Shown piece after piece: positions 37,155-45,609 of a stretch of DNA of 64,000 nucleotides. The stretch's first letter is position 1, and every line of letters begins with the position of its first letter. Where the stretch lies: contig JAAYVL010000121.1 in NCBI GenBank assembly GCA_012517205.1, positions 66 through 64,065 on the forward strand, read 5' to 3'. The stretch comes from Verrucomicrobiota bacterium. Its GTDB lineage: Bacteria; Verrucomicrobiota; Verrucomicrobiia; Limisphaerales; UBA8199. A program made the position numbers and the translations under genes. The notes under the pieces were generated by a model, which saw only the letters and a list, made by a program, of their open reading frames with translations, did no database searches and was not told the origin of the DNA.

Positions 37155-38233
37155 AAGCCCGCTTGCTGGAACGCGCTCAGGTGCTGACGCTGGTGGATCT
37201 CCTCCGGCAGCAGGGCTACGACGTATTTGCCCCCTTTGCCGGGCGCGGGCGCGACACGTGGTTCGACCTGGTCACCGACGAAAATCGCGGCCAGGTCCAG
37301 ATTCATTTGCCCAACCCGTATTATCCGCCCAAACGCTTTGTCCTGCCGCATATCGAGCGGTTGCTGAAGGTGCGGCGGCACGATGGAACCTTCCACATCG
37401 AGCCGATTTACCGGGAGCGCAAGCGCGCCATCTTCGGCCTTCGCTCCTGCGACCTGGCCGGCATCTGGCACCTGGACCGCTTCTACCTTGGGCGCGAGTT
37501 TCGCGATCTCTATTACCAGAAACGCCGGGAGAACCTGCTCCTGATCAACGTGGTCTGCACGGACCTGGAGCGCGATATTGGGGACGAGTGCTTCTGCGTA
37601 TGCGCCGACACCGGCCCGGCGGCGCGCGATCATTTTGACCTGCAGCTCATGGACCTGGGCGACGAGTTCATGGTTGTTGCCGGCACGGCGGCGGGCGAGG
37701 CGTTCTTCACCCAGCCGATGTTCCGGCCGGCCACGGCGGCGCACGTCGAAAAACGCCGCGCCATCCTGGCGGAGGTGCGCAAACGGTTCAAGACCACCAC
37801 CAGTTGGTTTGCGGCCACGGTGCGCTACGTTTCCCGGGGCGACATCCTGGAGCAGACGTGGGAGGAAATCGGCAATCGCTGCCTGGAATGTGGCGGCTGC
37901 ACCTACGTTTGCCCCGCCTGCACCTGCTTTACCGTCAGCGATCGCCAGGTGGGCCCCGACGAAATCGAGCGGGTGCGCATCTGGGACGCCTGCGCCCTGA
38001 GCGGATTCACGCGCATGGCCGGCGGCTTCAACCCGCGCCGCGCGGTGCATGACCGCCGCAACCGCCGCTTCATGCGCAAGCTGGCGCATTACTTCATCCA
38101 GCGCGAGTTGACCATGGCCTGCGTGGGCTGCGGCCGCTGCGCGGCGGTTTGCCACGGAGATGTCGGCATGCCCAGCGTGGTCGAGATGATCCGGCGGGCC
38201 ACCGCGATCCACGACCGGATTCCCCCCTCATGA
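37151..38233 (+). CDS. 4Fe-4S dicluster protein, AsrA / sulfhydrogenase beta (HydB)-like
   Basis: ATGA overlap with the upstream stop. Cluster motifs are CLECGGCTYVCPACTCF and CVGCGRCAAVCHGDVG. The overall layout matches anaerobic sulfite reductase subunit A / HydB. Confidence 0.8.
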   Translation: MKARLLERAQVLTLVDLLRQQGYDVFAPFAGRGRDTWFDLVTDENRGQVQIHLPNPYYPPKRFVLPHIERLLKVRRHDGTFHIEPIYRERKRAIFGLRSCDLAGIWHLDRFYLGREFRDLYYQKRRENLLLINVVCTDLERDIGDECFCVCADTGPAARDHFDLQLMDLGDEFMVVAGTAAGEAFFTQPMFRPATAAHVEKRRAILAEVRKRFKTTTSWFAATVRYVSRGDILEQTWEEIGNRCLECGGCTYVCPACTCFTVSDRQVGPDEIERVRIWDACALSGFTRMAGGFNPRRAVHDRRNRRFMRKLAHYFIQRELTMACVGCGRCAAVCHGDVGMPSVVEMIRRATAIHDRIPPS

Positions 38234-39105
38234 ACCCGACCCTCCCCAAGGTGACTTCCTGCGAACCGGCGGAAGAAAATATCTATCTGCCCAAGCTCGC
38301 GGTGCTGGACCGGGTGACGGACGACATCCCGGAGGTAAAGACCTTCTACTGGCATTTTGAGGATCCGGCGGAGCAGGCAAAGTTCAAACGGTTCCGCCCT
38401 GGCCAGTTCGCGCAGGTGTCGTTGTTCGGCGTCGGTGAATTTCCGGCCTCGCTGCCCCCCAGCCCGACCGAGGAGGAAACCTTCTTCACCATCCGCACGG
38501 TCGGCAGTTGCACCGCCGCGCTGCACCAGTTGCGGCCCGGCGACCGGTTTGCCGTCCGCGGCCCCTACGGCAACGGGTTTTCCATGGAGGATTATTACGG
38601 GAAAAACCTGGTGTTTGTGGCCGGGGGCATCGGGCTGATCCCGCTGCGCTCCTGCATCGTGTACGCGCTCCGGCACCGGGATAAATATCAGCGCATCCAG
38701 ATTTTCTACGGCGCCCGGACGCCGAAGGAGTTGATGTATGTCCCCAACCTGCGCGAGTGGCAGCAATCGGCGGGCGTCGAATGCCATCTCACCGTGGATC
38801 GCGCGGCGGAGGGCTGGGACGGCCCCGTGGGTGTGGTCGGCAGCCTGTTCCAGCGGCCGGGGGTGAAGATTCCGGTGGAGAACACCATCGCCTTTGTCTG
38901 CGGCCCGCCCATCATGTTCCGCTTCGTAATCAAGGACCTGCTGGCGATGGGGTTTCAGGAAAAGGACATCGTTTCGACGCTCGAACGGTATATGAAGTGC
39001 GGCGTCGGCAAATGCGGCCACTGCTGCATCGGCGTGGCCTACGTGTGCGTGGACGGCCCGGTGTTCACCTACGAGCAAATCAAGAAACTGGGAGAGGATA
39101 TCTGA
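38230..39105 (+). CDS. FAD/NAD(P)-binding 2Fe-2S oxidoreductase, AsrB / sulfhydrogenase gamma (HydG)-like
   Basis: ATGA overlap with the upstream gene. Motifs are RPGQFAQVSL, FFTIRTVG (FAD), LVFVAGGIGLIPL (NAD(P)) and a C-terminal CGVGKCGHCC...C 2Fe-2S site. Confidence 0.8.
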   Translation: MNPTLPKVTSCEPAEENIYLPKLAVLDRVTDDIPEVKTFYWHFEDPAEQAKFKRFRPGQFAQVSLFGVGEFPASLPPSPTEEETFFTIRTVGSCTAALHQLRPGDRFAVRGPYGNGFSMEDYYGKNLVFVAGGIGLIPLRSCIVYALRHRDKYQRIQIFYGARTPKELMYVPNLREWQQSAGVECHLTVDRAAEGWDGPVGVVGSLFQRPGVKIPVENTIAFVCGPPIMFRFVIKDLLAMGFQEKDIVSTLERYMKCGVGKCGHCCIGVAYVCVDGPVFTYEQIKKLGEDI

Positions 39106-39659
39106 TGCCCGACCTGCGCCAATTGCTCGCACCGCTCCTCCAGGGCCGCGTCTGCCTGGTGGGGATCGGGAATGTGGACTATGGGGACGATGGCTTCGGG
39201 GTGCGGCTGGCGGAAGCGCTGCAAGCCTCGCCCATCACGGCGGAGGTGATGATTGCCGGCTCCGCTCCCGAGCGCTGCCTGGGGCGGGTGGCGAACGGGG
39301 GCTTTGAGCGCGTGATCTTTCTCGACGCGGTGGACTTTGGCGGCGCGCCGGGCGCGGTGATCCTGCTCGATGCGCGGGAGCTAATCGCCCGGTTCCCGCA
39401 GGTTTCCACGCACAAGCTTTCGCTGGGCCTGCTGGCGCGGCAAATCGAGGCGCAGGGCCGCATACGCGTCTGGCTCCTGGGCGTGCAACCGGAATCACTT
39501 AAGCTCCGCGGCGCTCTGACGCCCACGATACAGACTACCCTGGAACTGTTGCATGCGTTGCTGACCGCCGGCGCGGAGAATTGCCGGCTGGCGCGGTCGG
39601 AATCGCCGGAGCCCGGCTCCAAACCTGCGGAAACCACCCTCCGGGAGGTGCTGGCATGA
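39105..39659 (+). CDS. [NiFe]-hydrogenase maturation endopeptidase (HycI/HyaD family)
   Basis: TGATG overlap with the upstream gene. Motifs VCLVGIGNVDYGDDGFG, IFLDAVDFG and THKLSL resemble HycI. Confidence 0.8.
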   Translation: MPDLRQLLAPLLQGRVCLVGIGNVDYGDDGFGVRLAEALQASPITAEVMIAGSAPERCLGRVANGGFERVIFLDAVDFGGAPGAVILLDARELIARFPQVSTHKLSLGLLARQIEAQGRIRVWLLGVQPESLKLRGALTPTIQTTLELLHALLTAGAENCRLARSESPEPGSKPAETTLREVLA

Positions 39660-41572
39660 CGCCCGAACAATCAGTCCTGGCGGCCATTGTCCTCTGCCTC
39701 GGCGGGGCGGGACTGACCCTGCTGGCCTCGCGGAACAAGACAGTCGCGGGTGGGCTGGCGTTCGTGTTCACCCTGGCGGCGGCGGTGATAATGGTCTCGA
39801 CCGTGACCCGGGTCCTCATCTCCGGGCCCGGGCACTCGGCGGAGTTTAGCCTTCTGCCACAGATTGGCCTGGTGCTGCGGGTCTATGTGGACGGCCTGAC
39901 GGCGCTTTTCCTGTTGTTGACCGCGCTGGTCTCCGTGCCCGCCGCGCTTTATTCGGTGGTGTATATGCGGAACTATGAAGGTTATAGCGCAGCCCGCTAC
40001 TACCCCTATTTCCTGATCTTCCTGGCGGCGATGTACGGCCTGGTGAGCACGACCGACATGATGTGGTTCTTCTTCATCTTCTGGCAGATGATGACCCTGC
40101 CGGGCTACGCGCTCATCCGGTTCGAGCACCGGAAACCGGCCAACATCCGCGCGGCCAACCGGTACCTGGTCATGATGCAAATCGCCTGCGCCGCCACGAT
40201 GATCGGCGCCGAATTGCTGGCGGTGGCGGGCGCCACTACGAGCGGCAGCCCGGGCCTGAAGTACGATTTCGATACCGTCAGCGCCAACCTGCCGGCGCTG
40301 CTCAGCGCCCGGCCCGGCATGACCGCCCTGGCCTTCGCGTTGTTCCTCGCGGGCTTTGGCATCAAGATGGGCATGTGGCCGTTTGGCCAGTTCTGGCTGC
40401 CGGATGCGCACCCCGCCGCGCCGTCGCCGGTCAGCGCAATGCTCTCCGGCGTGATGATTAAGACCGGCGTTTACGGGCTGATGCGCTACTTCCTCTGGCT
40501 GGTGCCGCCGGCGGGCCTGGCGGATTACCCGCTGGCCCCGTGGGGGCTGGTGGTCGCGCTGCTGGGCACGATCACCCTCTTTACGGGCACCATGCAGGCG
40601 CTCAAGCAGGAGCAGTCCAAGCGATTGCTCGCCTTCCATAGCATCGGCCAGGTCGGCTACATCCTCCTGGGCACCGGCGTCTGCATGAGCCTCCTGCCCG
40701 CCGCAGATCCCCGGGCGGCGGCGCTGGCCGCCCTCGGCTTCTGCGGCGCGCTGCTTCACGTGCTCAACCACGGTCTTTTCAAGGCGCTGCTCTTCCTCAA
40801 CGCCGGTTCGATGCTGCAGGCCACCGGCACCCAGGATCTGAACCGGATGGGCGGGCTGATGAAGTTCATGCCTCTCACCGCCATCACCGCGCTCGTGGCC
40901 TCCTGCTCGATCTCCGGGGTGCCGCTCTTTAATGGCTTTATCAGCAAATGGACCATCTACGTCGCGGCGGTGCAGGGATGCGGCTCCGCCAAATACCTCG
41001 CCGTCTGCGCCCTCCTCGCCATCCTGACCAGCGCCCTGACGCTGGCCTCGTTCATCAAGTTCTTCGGGGTGAGTTTCCTTTCGCGCGCGAGCGCGCTGGT
41101 GACCGCGCGGGCGGCCCGGCCCGGGCGGCTGGAAGTGGGCTGGACGATGCAGTTGCCGCAAGTCGCCCTGGCCCTGGCCTGTGTGTTGCTGGGCGTGGCG
41201 CCGGCCCTGGGCTTCCGTTTGGTGCAGCGAGTTCTGGAAACCAGCAGTTCGGGCTGCGGCACGGCGCTGGCCGCCGCCGCGCCCCTGCAAACCAGCCTGT
41301 GGAGCGGCGTGGCGCAACTGCAATCCGCAGCCTTGTTCGCCCCGCTGGTCCTGGCCGCGGCGCTGGGTCTGCTGCTGCTGGCGGCGCACGCGCTTTCCCG
41401 GATCGGCCATGCGTCGCGCCGGGCCACTGCGCCGTGGCTCTGCGGCTACGCGCGCGAGGCCGATTGCCACCGCTATTCCGCTCACAACTTCTACGCCGAA
41501 ATCAAACGCTACTTCCGCTGGCTGGGCGGGGCTCCCGATAACCGCAATTTGCACCCGGAGGAAAAACCATGA
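39656..41572 (+). CDS. hydrogenase membrane subunit, NuoL/HycC/HyfB-like antiporter-type
   Basis: ATGA overlap with the upstream gene. 638 aa and polytopic, with antiporter-like motifs (WPFGQFWLPDAHPAAPSPVSAMLSGVMIKTGVYG, AFHSIGQVGYILLG). Confidence 0.85.
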   Translation: MTPEQSVLAAIVLCLGGAGLTLLASRNKTVAGGLAFVFTLAAAVIMVSTVTRVLISGPGHSAEFSLLPQIGLVLRVYVDGLTALFLLLTALVSVPAALYSVVYMRNYEGYSAARYYPYFLIFLAAMYGLVSTTDMMWFFFIFWQMMTLPGYALIRFEHRKPANIRAANRYLVMMQIACAATMIGAELLAVAGATTSGSPGLKYDFDTVSANLPALLSARPGMTALAFALFLAGFGIKMGMWPFGQFWLPDAHPAAPSPVSAMLSGVMIKTGVYGLMRYFLWLVPPAGLADYPLAPWGLVVALLGTITLFTGTMQALKQEQSKRLLAFHSIGQVGYILLGTGVCMSLLPAADPRAAALAALGFCGALLHVLNHGLFKALLFLNAGSMLQATGTQDLNRMGGLMKFMPLTAITALVASCSISGVPLFNGFISKWTIYVAAVQGCGSAKYLAVCALLAILTSALTLASFIKFFGVSFLSRASALVTARAARPGRLEVGWTMQLPQVALALACVLLGVAPALGFRLVQRVLETSSSGCGTALAAAAPLQTSLWSGVAQLQSAALFAPLVLAAALGLLLLAAHALSRIGHASRRATAPWLCGYAREADCHRYSAHNFYAEIKRYFRWLGGAPDNRNLHPEEKP

Positions 41573-43239
41573 CCGCGCGCGAACGTCTCAACCAGTTGAA
41601 GGAGAAGTTTGGCCCGGCCATCCAGCGCGCGGACCTGCCCGGCGACTCCCGCCTGTTTGCCTATGTCGAGCCCGCCACGCTCAAGGCCGTCTGCCAGTAT
41701 CTTTTCCGCGAGTTGGATGCCCGCTACGTCATCAGCATCGGGCTCGATGACCGGCCTTTCTCGGGCAAGTTTCTCGTCGCCCATAACTTCGCTTTCGACC
41801 GCGATCGTCTGCTGTGCAGCATGCTGGCCCACCTGCCCGCGGACCACCCGGAGGTGGACAGCATCGCCCCCGCCGTGCCCGGCGCCAACTGGGCCGAGCG
41901 CGAATTTCGCGAACTGGTTGGCATCGAGCTCCGCGGCCATCCCTATCCCAAACGGCTGGTGCTGCCGGATGGCTGGCCCGACGGCGTGCACCCGCTCCGC
42001 AAGGACGTGCCCTGGAACCAGGTGCCGGCGGACTTCGATGAGAATGCCGAGTTCACCTTCGACGACCCGCCGGCGGGCTGCACCGTGGTGCCGTTCGGGC
42101 CCTTCCATCCGACCCTGGACGAGCCGGAGCATTTCCGGCTCTACGTCGAGGGCGAAATGGTGCGCGGCTGCGAGTACCGCGGCTTTATGGTGCACCGCGG
42201 CATCGAGAAGCTGGCTGAATCCGTCCTCACCTACAACGACATCCCGTTAATGGCCGAACGCATCTGCGGCATCTGCGGCTGCGTGCATAACGTCACCTAT
42301 GCCCAGGCGGTGGAAACGGCCGTGGCGCTGCGCCCGCCGCCCCGCGCCGAATACATCCGCACGATCATGCTCGAAATCGAGCGGCTGCACAGCCATTTGC
42401 TCTGGGTCGGGCTGGCCTGCCACATCGTGGGCTTCGACACGCTTTTCATGCAAAGCTGGCGCATCCGCGAGCCGATCATGTGGATCGCGGAAAAGATCAG
42501 CGGCAACCGCAAGACCTATGCGCTCTGCGTCATCGGCGGCGTGCGCTGGGATATTACGCCCGAGGTGAAAGTGGAACTGCGGCACCTGCTGGACAAGCTG
42601 GAGAGGGAATGGCGCGAGGTTGTGGCCGCCGTGAGTCGGGACAAGAATATCCAAAAACGCACGCGCGGCGTGGGCGTGGCGGATCAGGCGCTGATCAAAT
42701 CCCTCGGGCTAATCGGGCCGGTCGCGCGCGCGGCGGGAGTGGATATTGATTGCCGCCGCGATCATCCCTATGCCGCCTACGACCGCGTGGATTTCGCGGT
42801 CATCACTGATACCGGCGGCGATGTTTGGTCGCGCGTCGTGGTGCGCATGAACGAGGTGTTCGAATCCATCCGGATTATTCGCCAGTGCCTGGAAAAAATG
42901 CCGGAGGGGCCGCTGCAGGCGTCCATCCCGGATGAACTCCCGCCCGGCCGCCTGGGGCTGTCTTCGGTCGAGGCGCCGCGCGGCGAGAGCCATCATTTCG
43001 TCATTACCGGCGAGAATAACCGTCCACACCGCTGGCGCGTGCGCGCGCCCACCTACCAGAATCTCCAGGCGGTGCCGATGATGATCAAGGATCAGCAACT
43101 GGCGGACATGACCATTTCTCTCGGCAGCATAGACCCCTGCTTCTCCTGCACGGATCGGCTGGAGACGATTGACCTGAAATCGGGCGCGACGCGGGTGTGG
43201 TCGCAGGCTGAACTCATCCGGCTGGTGAGAAAGACCTGA
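41569..43239 (+). CDS. group-4 [NiFe]-hydrogenase large subunit, HycE-type (NuoC-like + NuoD-like fusion)
   Basis: ATGA overlap with the upstream gene. The N-terminal NuoC-like part carries NWAEREFRELVGIELRGHPYPKRL. Ni-Fe ligand motifs are RICGICGCVH and DPCFSCTDR, followed by a 26-aa C-terminal extension, the expected protease substrate. Confidence 0.9.
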   Translation: MTARERLNQLKEKFGPAIQRADLPGDSRLFAYVEPATLKAVCQYLFRELDARYVISIGLDDRPFSGKFLVAHNFAFDRDRLLCSMLAHLPADHPEVDSIAPAVPGANWAEREFRELVGIELRGHPYPKRLVLPDGWPDGVHPLRKDVPWNQVPADFDENAEFTFDDPPAGCTVVPFGPFHPTLDEPEHFRLYVEGEMVRGCEYRGFMVHRGIEKLAESVLTYNDIPLMAERICGICGCVHNVTYAQAVETAVALRPPPRAEYIRTIMLEIERLHSHLLWVGLACHIVGFDTLFMQSWRIREPIMWIAEKISGNRKTYALCVIGGVRWDITPEVKVELRHLLDKLEREWREVVAAVSRDKNIQKRTRGVGVADQALIKSLGLIGPVARAAGVDIDCRRDHPYAAYDRVDFAVITDTGGDVWSRVVVRMNEVFESIRIIRQCLEKMPEGPLQASIPDELPPGRLGLSSVEAPRGESHHFVITGENNRPHRWRVRAPTYQNLQAVPMMIKDQQLADMTISLGSIDPCFSCTDRLETIDLKSGATRVWSQAELIRLVRKT

Positions 43240-43240
43240 T

Positions 43241-44161
43241 ATGAGCCTCGTCACCGTCATCCTGGGTTTCCTGGTCAACGTCGTCCTCGTGCTGCTGCTC
43301 GCCCCCCTGTTTCAGGGCGTGTTGCGCAAAGTCACGGCCCAAGTCCAATCGCGCCAGGGCCCGCCGCTTCCGCAGCCTTACTTCGATCTCCTCAAATTGC
43401 TGGGCAAGGAGGACCTCGAGTCCGGCCAGATGCCCGCTATGCAGCGATTCGCGGCCTGCCTTTCGCTGGCCACCATGCTCACGCTTGCCGGACTGGTGCC
43501 AATGGGTTTCGCCGCGCCTTTGAACGGGGCGGGCGATGTGATTCTGGTGATCTATCTCCTGACGCTCTCCGGCATCTGCACGTTGCTGGCGGGTTTGGCG
43601 GCCGGGTCCACCTATTCCCTGGTCGGCATCAGCCGTGAAATGATGACCATGATCGCACTCGAACCCCTGTTCGCCGTGGCCATTATCGCTGGGGCCATCC
43701 ACACGGGCTCTTTCCGGCTGGATACGGTTTTCAATGGCTCCGTGTATGCCGGGAACACCTTCCCCTGGTCGGGACTGATTCTACTGGGAGTAATCCTGTT
43801 ATCCTTCCAAGCCTTCGTGCAGCGGGTGCCGTTCGACCTTTCCGAGGCGGAAACCGAGTTGATGGAAGGGCCGCTGATGGAATACTCCGGCCCGAAGCTG
43901 GCGCTGTTCAAGTATGCGCAAATGGCCCGGCTCGTCATTTACAGTGCGTTGTTCGTGAACCTGTTCGTGCCATGGGGTTCGGCCCTGGCGTTCCCGCTTG
44001 GCTGGCTGCTCTTTTGGCTCAAAGTGTGCGGCCTGGTGCTGCTGGTGACGCTCGTGGCGGCCACGCACGCCCGCTACCGGATTGACCAGGCTCTTCGCTT
44101 CTTCGCCGCTCTGCTGGGCGTGGGGCTGGGAGCTTTGATCCTCGCCTGTTATGGTTACTGA
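43241..44161 (+). CDS. hydrogenase membrane subunit, NuoH/HycD-like
   Basis: 306 aa and polytopic, with NuoH-like motifs (RKVTAQVQSRQGP, FDLSEAETELMEGPLMEYSG). Confidence 0.85.
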   Translation: MSLVTVILGFLVNVVLVLLLAPLFQGVLRKVTAQVQSRQGPPLPQPYFDLLKLLGKEDLESGQMPAMQRFAACLSLATMLTLAGLVPMGFAAPLNGAGDVILVIYLLTLSGICTLLAGLAAGSTYSLVGISREMMTMIALEPLFAVAIIAGAIHTGSFRLDTVFNGSVYAGNTFPWSGLILLGVILLSFQAFVQRVPFDLSEAETELMEGPLMEYSGPKLALFKYAQMARLVIYSALFVNLFVPWGSALAFPLGWLLFWLKVCGLVLLVTLVAATHARYRIDQALRFFAALLGVGLGALILACYGY

Positions 44162-44170
44162 AAAGCTCGC

Positions 44171-44695
44171 ATGTCTCTCTTAAGCAAATTGCAGGAAACC
44201 CTGGTCTGCCTCAAAGCGGGGCGCGTCACGCTGCCGTACCCCGCGCAGGCGGGCCCCGTGCCGGAAACATTCCGCGGACGGCCAATCTTTGACGCGGCCA
44301 GGTGCATCGGCTGCGCCGGTTGCGCCAGCAATTGCCCCGCGCGTGAAATCCTGGTCGTGGATGTCTGCCAGGAAATCCGCATCCTGCAATACCTCGGGCG
44401 CCGCTGCACCTACTGCGGGCGCTGCGCGGATGTATGCCCTGAAAAGGCCATCACCATGAGCCGCGAGTTCGAGACCGCCACCGACCGCATCGGCGATATT
44501 CGTCAACGGCTGGAGCTGTTCATGAGCACCTGCCAGCGCTGCGGCCGCTGCTTCACAGAACCCTCACCCTTGGAACAGTTGAAACTCAAGGGCTACCGCT
44601 TCGACGACGTGCAGAACGAACGTTGGATTTTCCGATCGCAAGCTTACCTGACGAGTGAAGCGGCCGTGGACGATATCAGCATTGACCTGGACTAA
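44171..44695 (+). CDS. 2x[4Fe-4S] ferredoxin subunit, NuoI/HycF-like
   Basis: CIGCAGCASNCP and CTYCGRCADVCP, plus an extra CQRCGRC. Confidence 0.85.
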   Translation: MSLLSKLQETLVCLKAGRVTLPYPAQAGPVPETFRGRPIFDAARCIGCAGCASNCPAREILVVDVCQEIRILQYLGRRCTYCGRCADVCPEKAITMSREFETATDRIGDIRQRLELFMSTCQRCGRCFTEPSPLEQLKLKGYRFDDVQNERWIFRSQAYLTSEAAVDDISIDLD

Positions 44696-44877
44696 TGAGA
44701 AAACTGCCTGCGAGATCCGCCCAATGGCGCTAAAAGGATGAAGACGGTTGAAGGTCTAATCTACATGAACGATCCGGCTCTAACGGAAGGAGAAGGTTTT
44801 GCGGTGTTTCAATCCGGACTACGGAGTTCAAACACCCATATTTTAGCGCCTCTGGCCCTGTTTTGCGGACAATCGCC

Positions 44878-45414
44878 ATGTTAAGGAATCTGTGCCAGAA
44901 GATGTTTGGGCGCTCGCTGTGGGTGTATCACGCCAACAGCGGTGGGTGCAATGGCTGCGACATCGAAGTTTTGAATGTCCTGACTCCCTATTATGACGTC
45001 GAGCGCTTCGGCATCAAACTGGTCGGTTCACCCCGCCATGCCGACGTCATGCTCTGCCAGGGCCCGGCGATGCGTTCCACCGCCAAAGCACTGCAGCGCG
45101 CTTACGAAGCCATGCCCGCCCCAAAACTCGTGTTTGCCATCGGCTCCTGCGCCTGCGGCGGCGGCATCTGGTTTGACTCCTATTCCGTGCTGGGGCCAGT
45201 TGAAAAGCTCGTGCCGGTTAATTTCTATATCCCCGGCTGTCCGCCACGGCCTGAAGCCATCATTTATGGCGTCGCTGTAGCTGTGGGGTTGGTGGACAAA
45301 AAGGTGGCGCCCGTGACGTTCAAACAACTGGAAATGCCCATCCCGCGTTACCATCCTGCCGACCTGCGCGGCTCCGGCGAGTTGATCGTTTACGAGAAGG
45401 CCGAGAAGGTGTAG
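44878..45414 (+). CDS. [NiFe]-hydrogenase small subunit, NuoB/HycG-like
   Basis: GGCNGCDIE, GSCACGGG and IPGCPPRPE cluster ligands. ATG 44878 is preferred over TTG 44863. Confidence 0.88.
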   Translation: MLRNLCQKMFGRSLWVYHANSGGCNGCDIEVLNVLTPYYDVERFGIKLVGSPRHADVMLCQGPAMRSTAKALQRAYEAMPAPKLVFAIGSCACGGGIWFDSYSVLGPVEKLVPVNFYIPGCPPRPEAIIYGVAVAVGLVDKKVAPVTFKQLEMPIPRYHPADLRGSGELIVYEKAEKV

Positions 45415-45609
45415 CCCGCCACTTCGGCGGCGCGTCGGGTCGAGCTACTCCCGGGTTGGTCCCCTGCCCTTGCGATGCCCTGACATCATCCCCACAATGG
45501 CCGGAACGCGCTCTTCCGGCGAACGCCTCGCGCAAACGCGGCTTGAACTGCCCATGCTTTTGAGGCATAAAGAAGCCGTAGCGCGCACTGAATACTTGAA
45601 AGAACGATT

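Noticed and set aside
39671-41554. 627-aa ORF antisense to the HyfB/NuoL-like membrane subunit
   Set aside because: It is Arg/Gly/Gln/Pro-rich and low-complexity. The sense strand encodes a clear polytopic antiporter-like protein.
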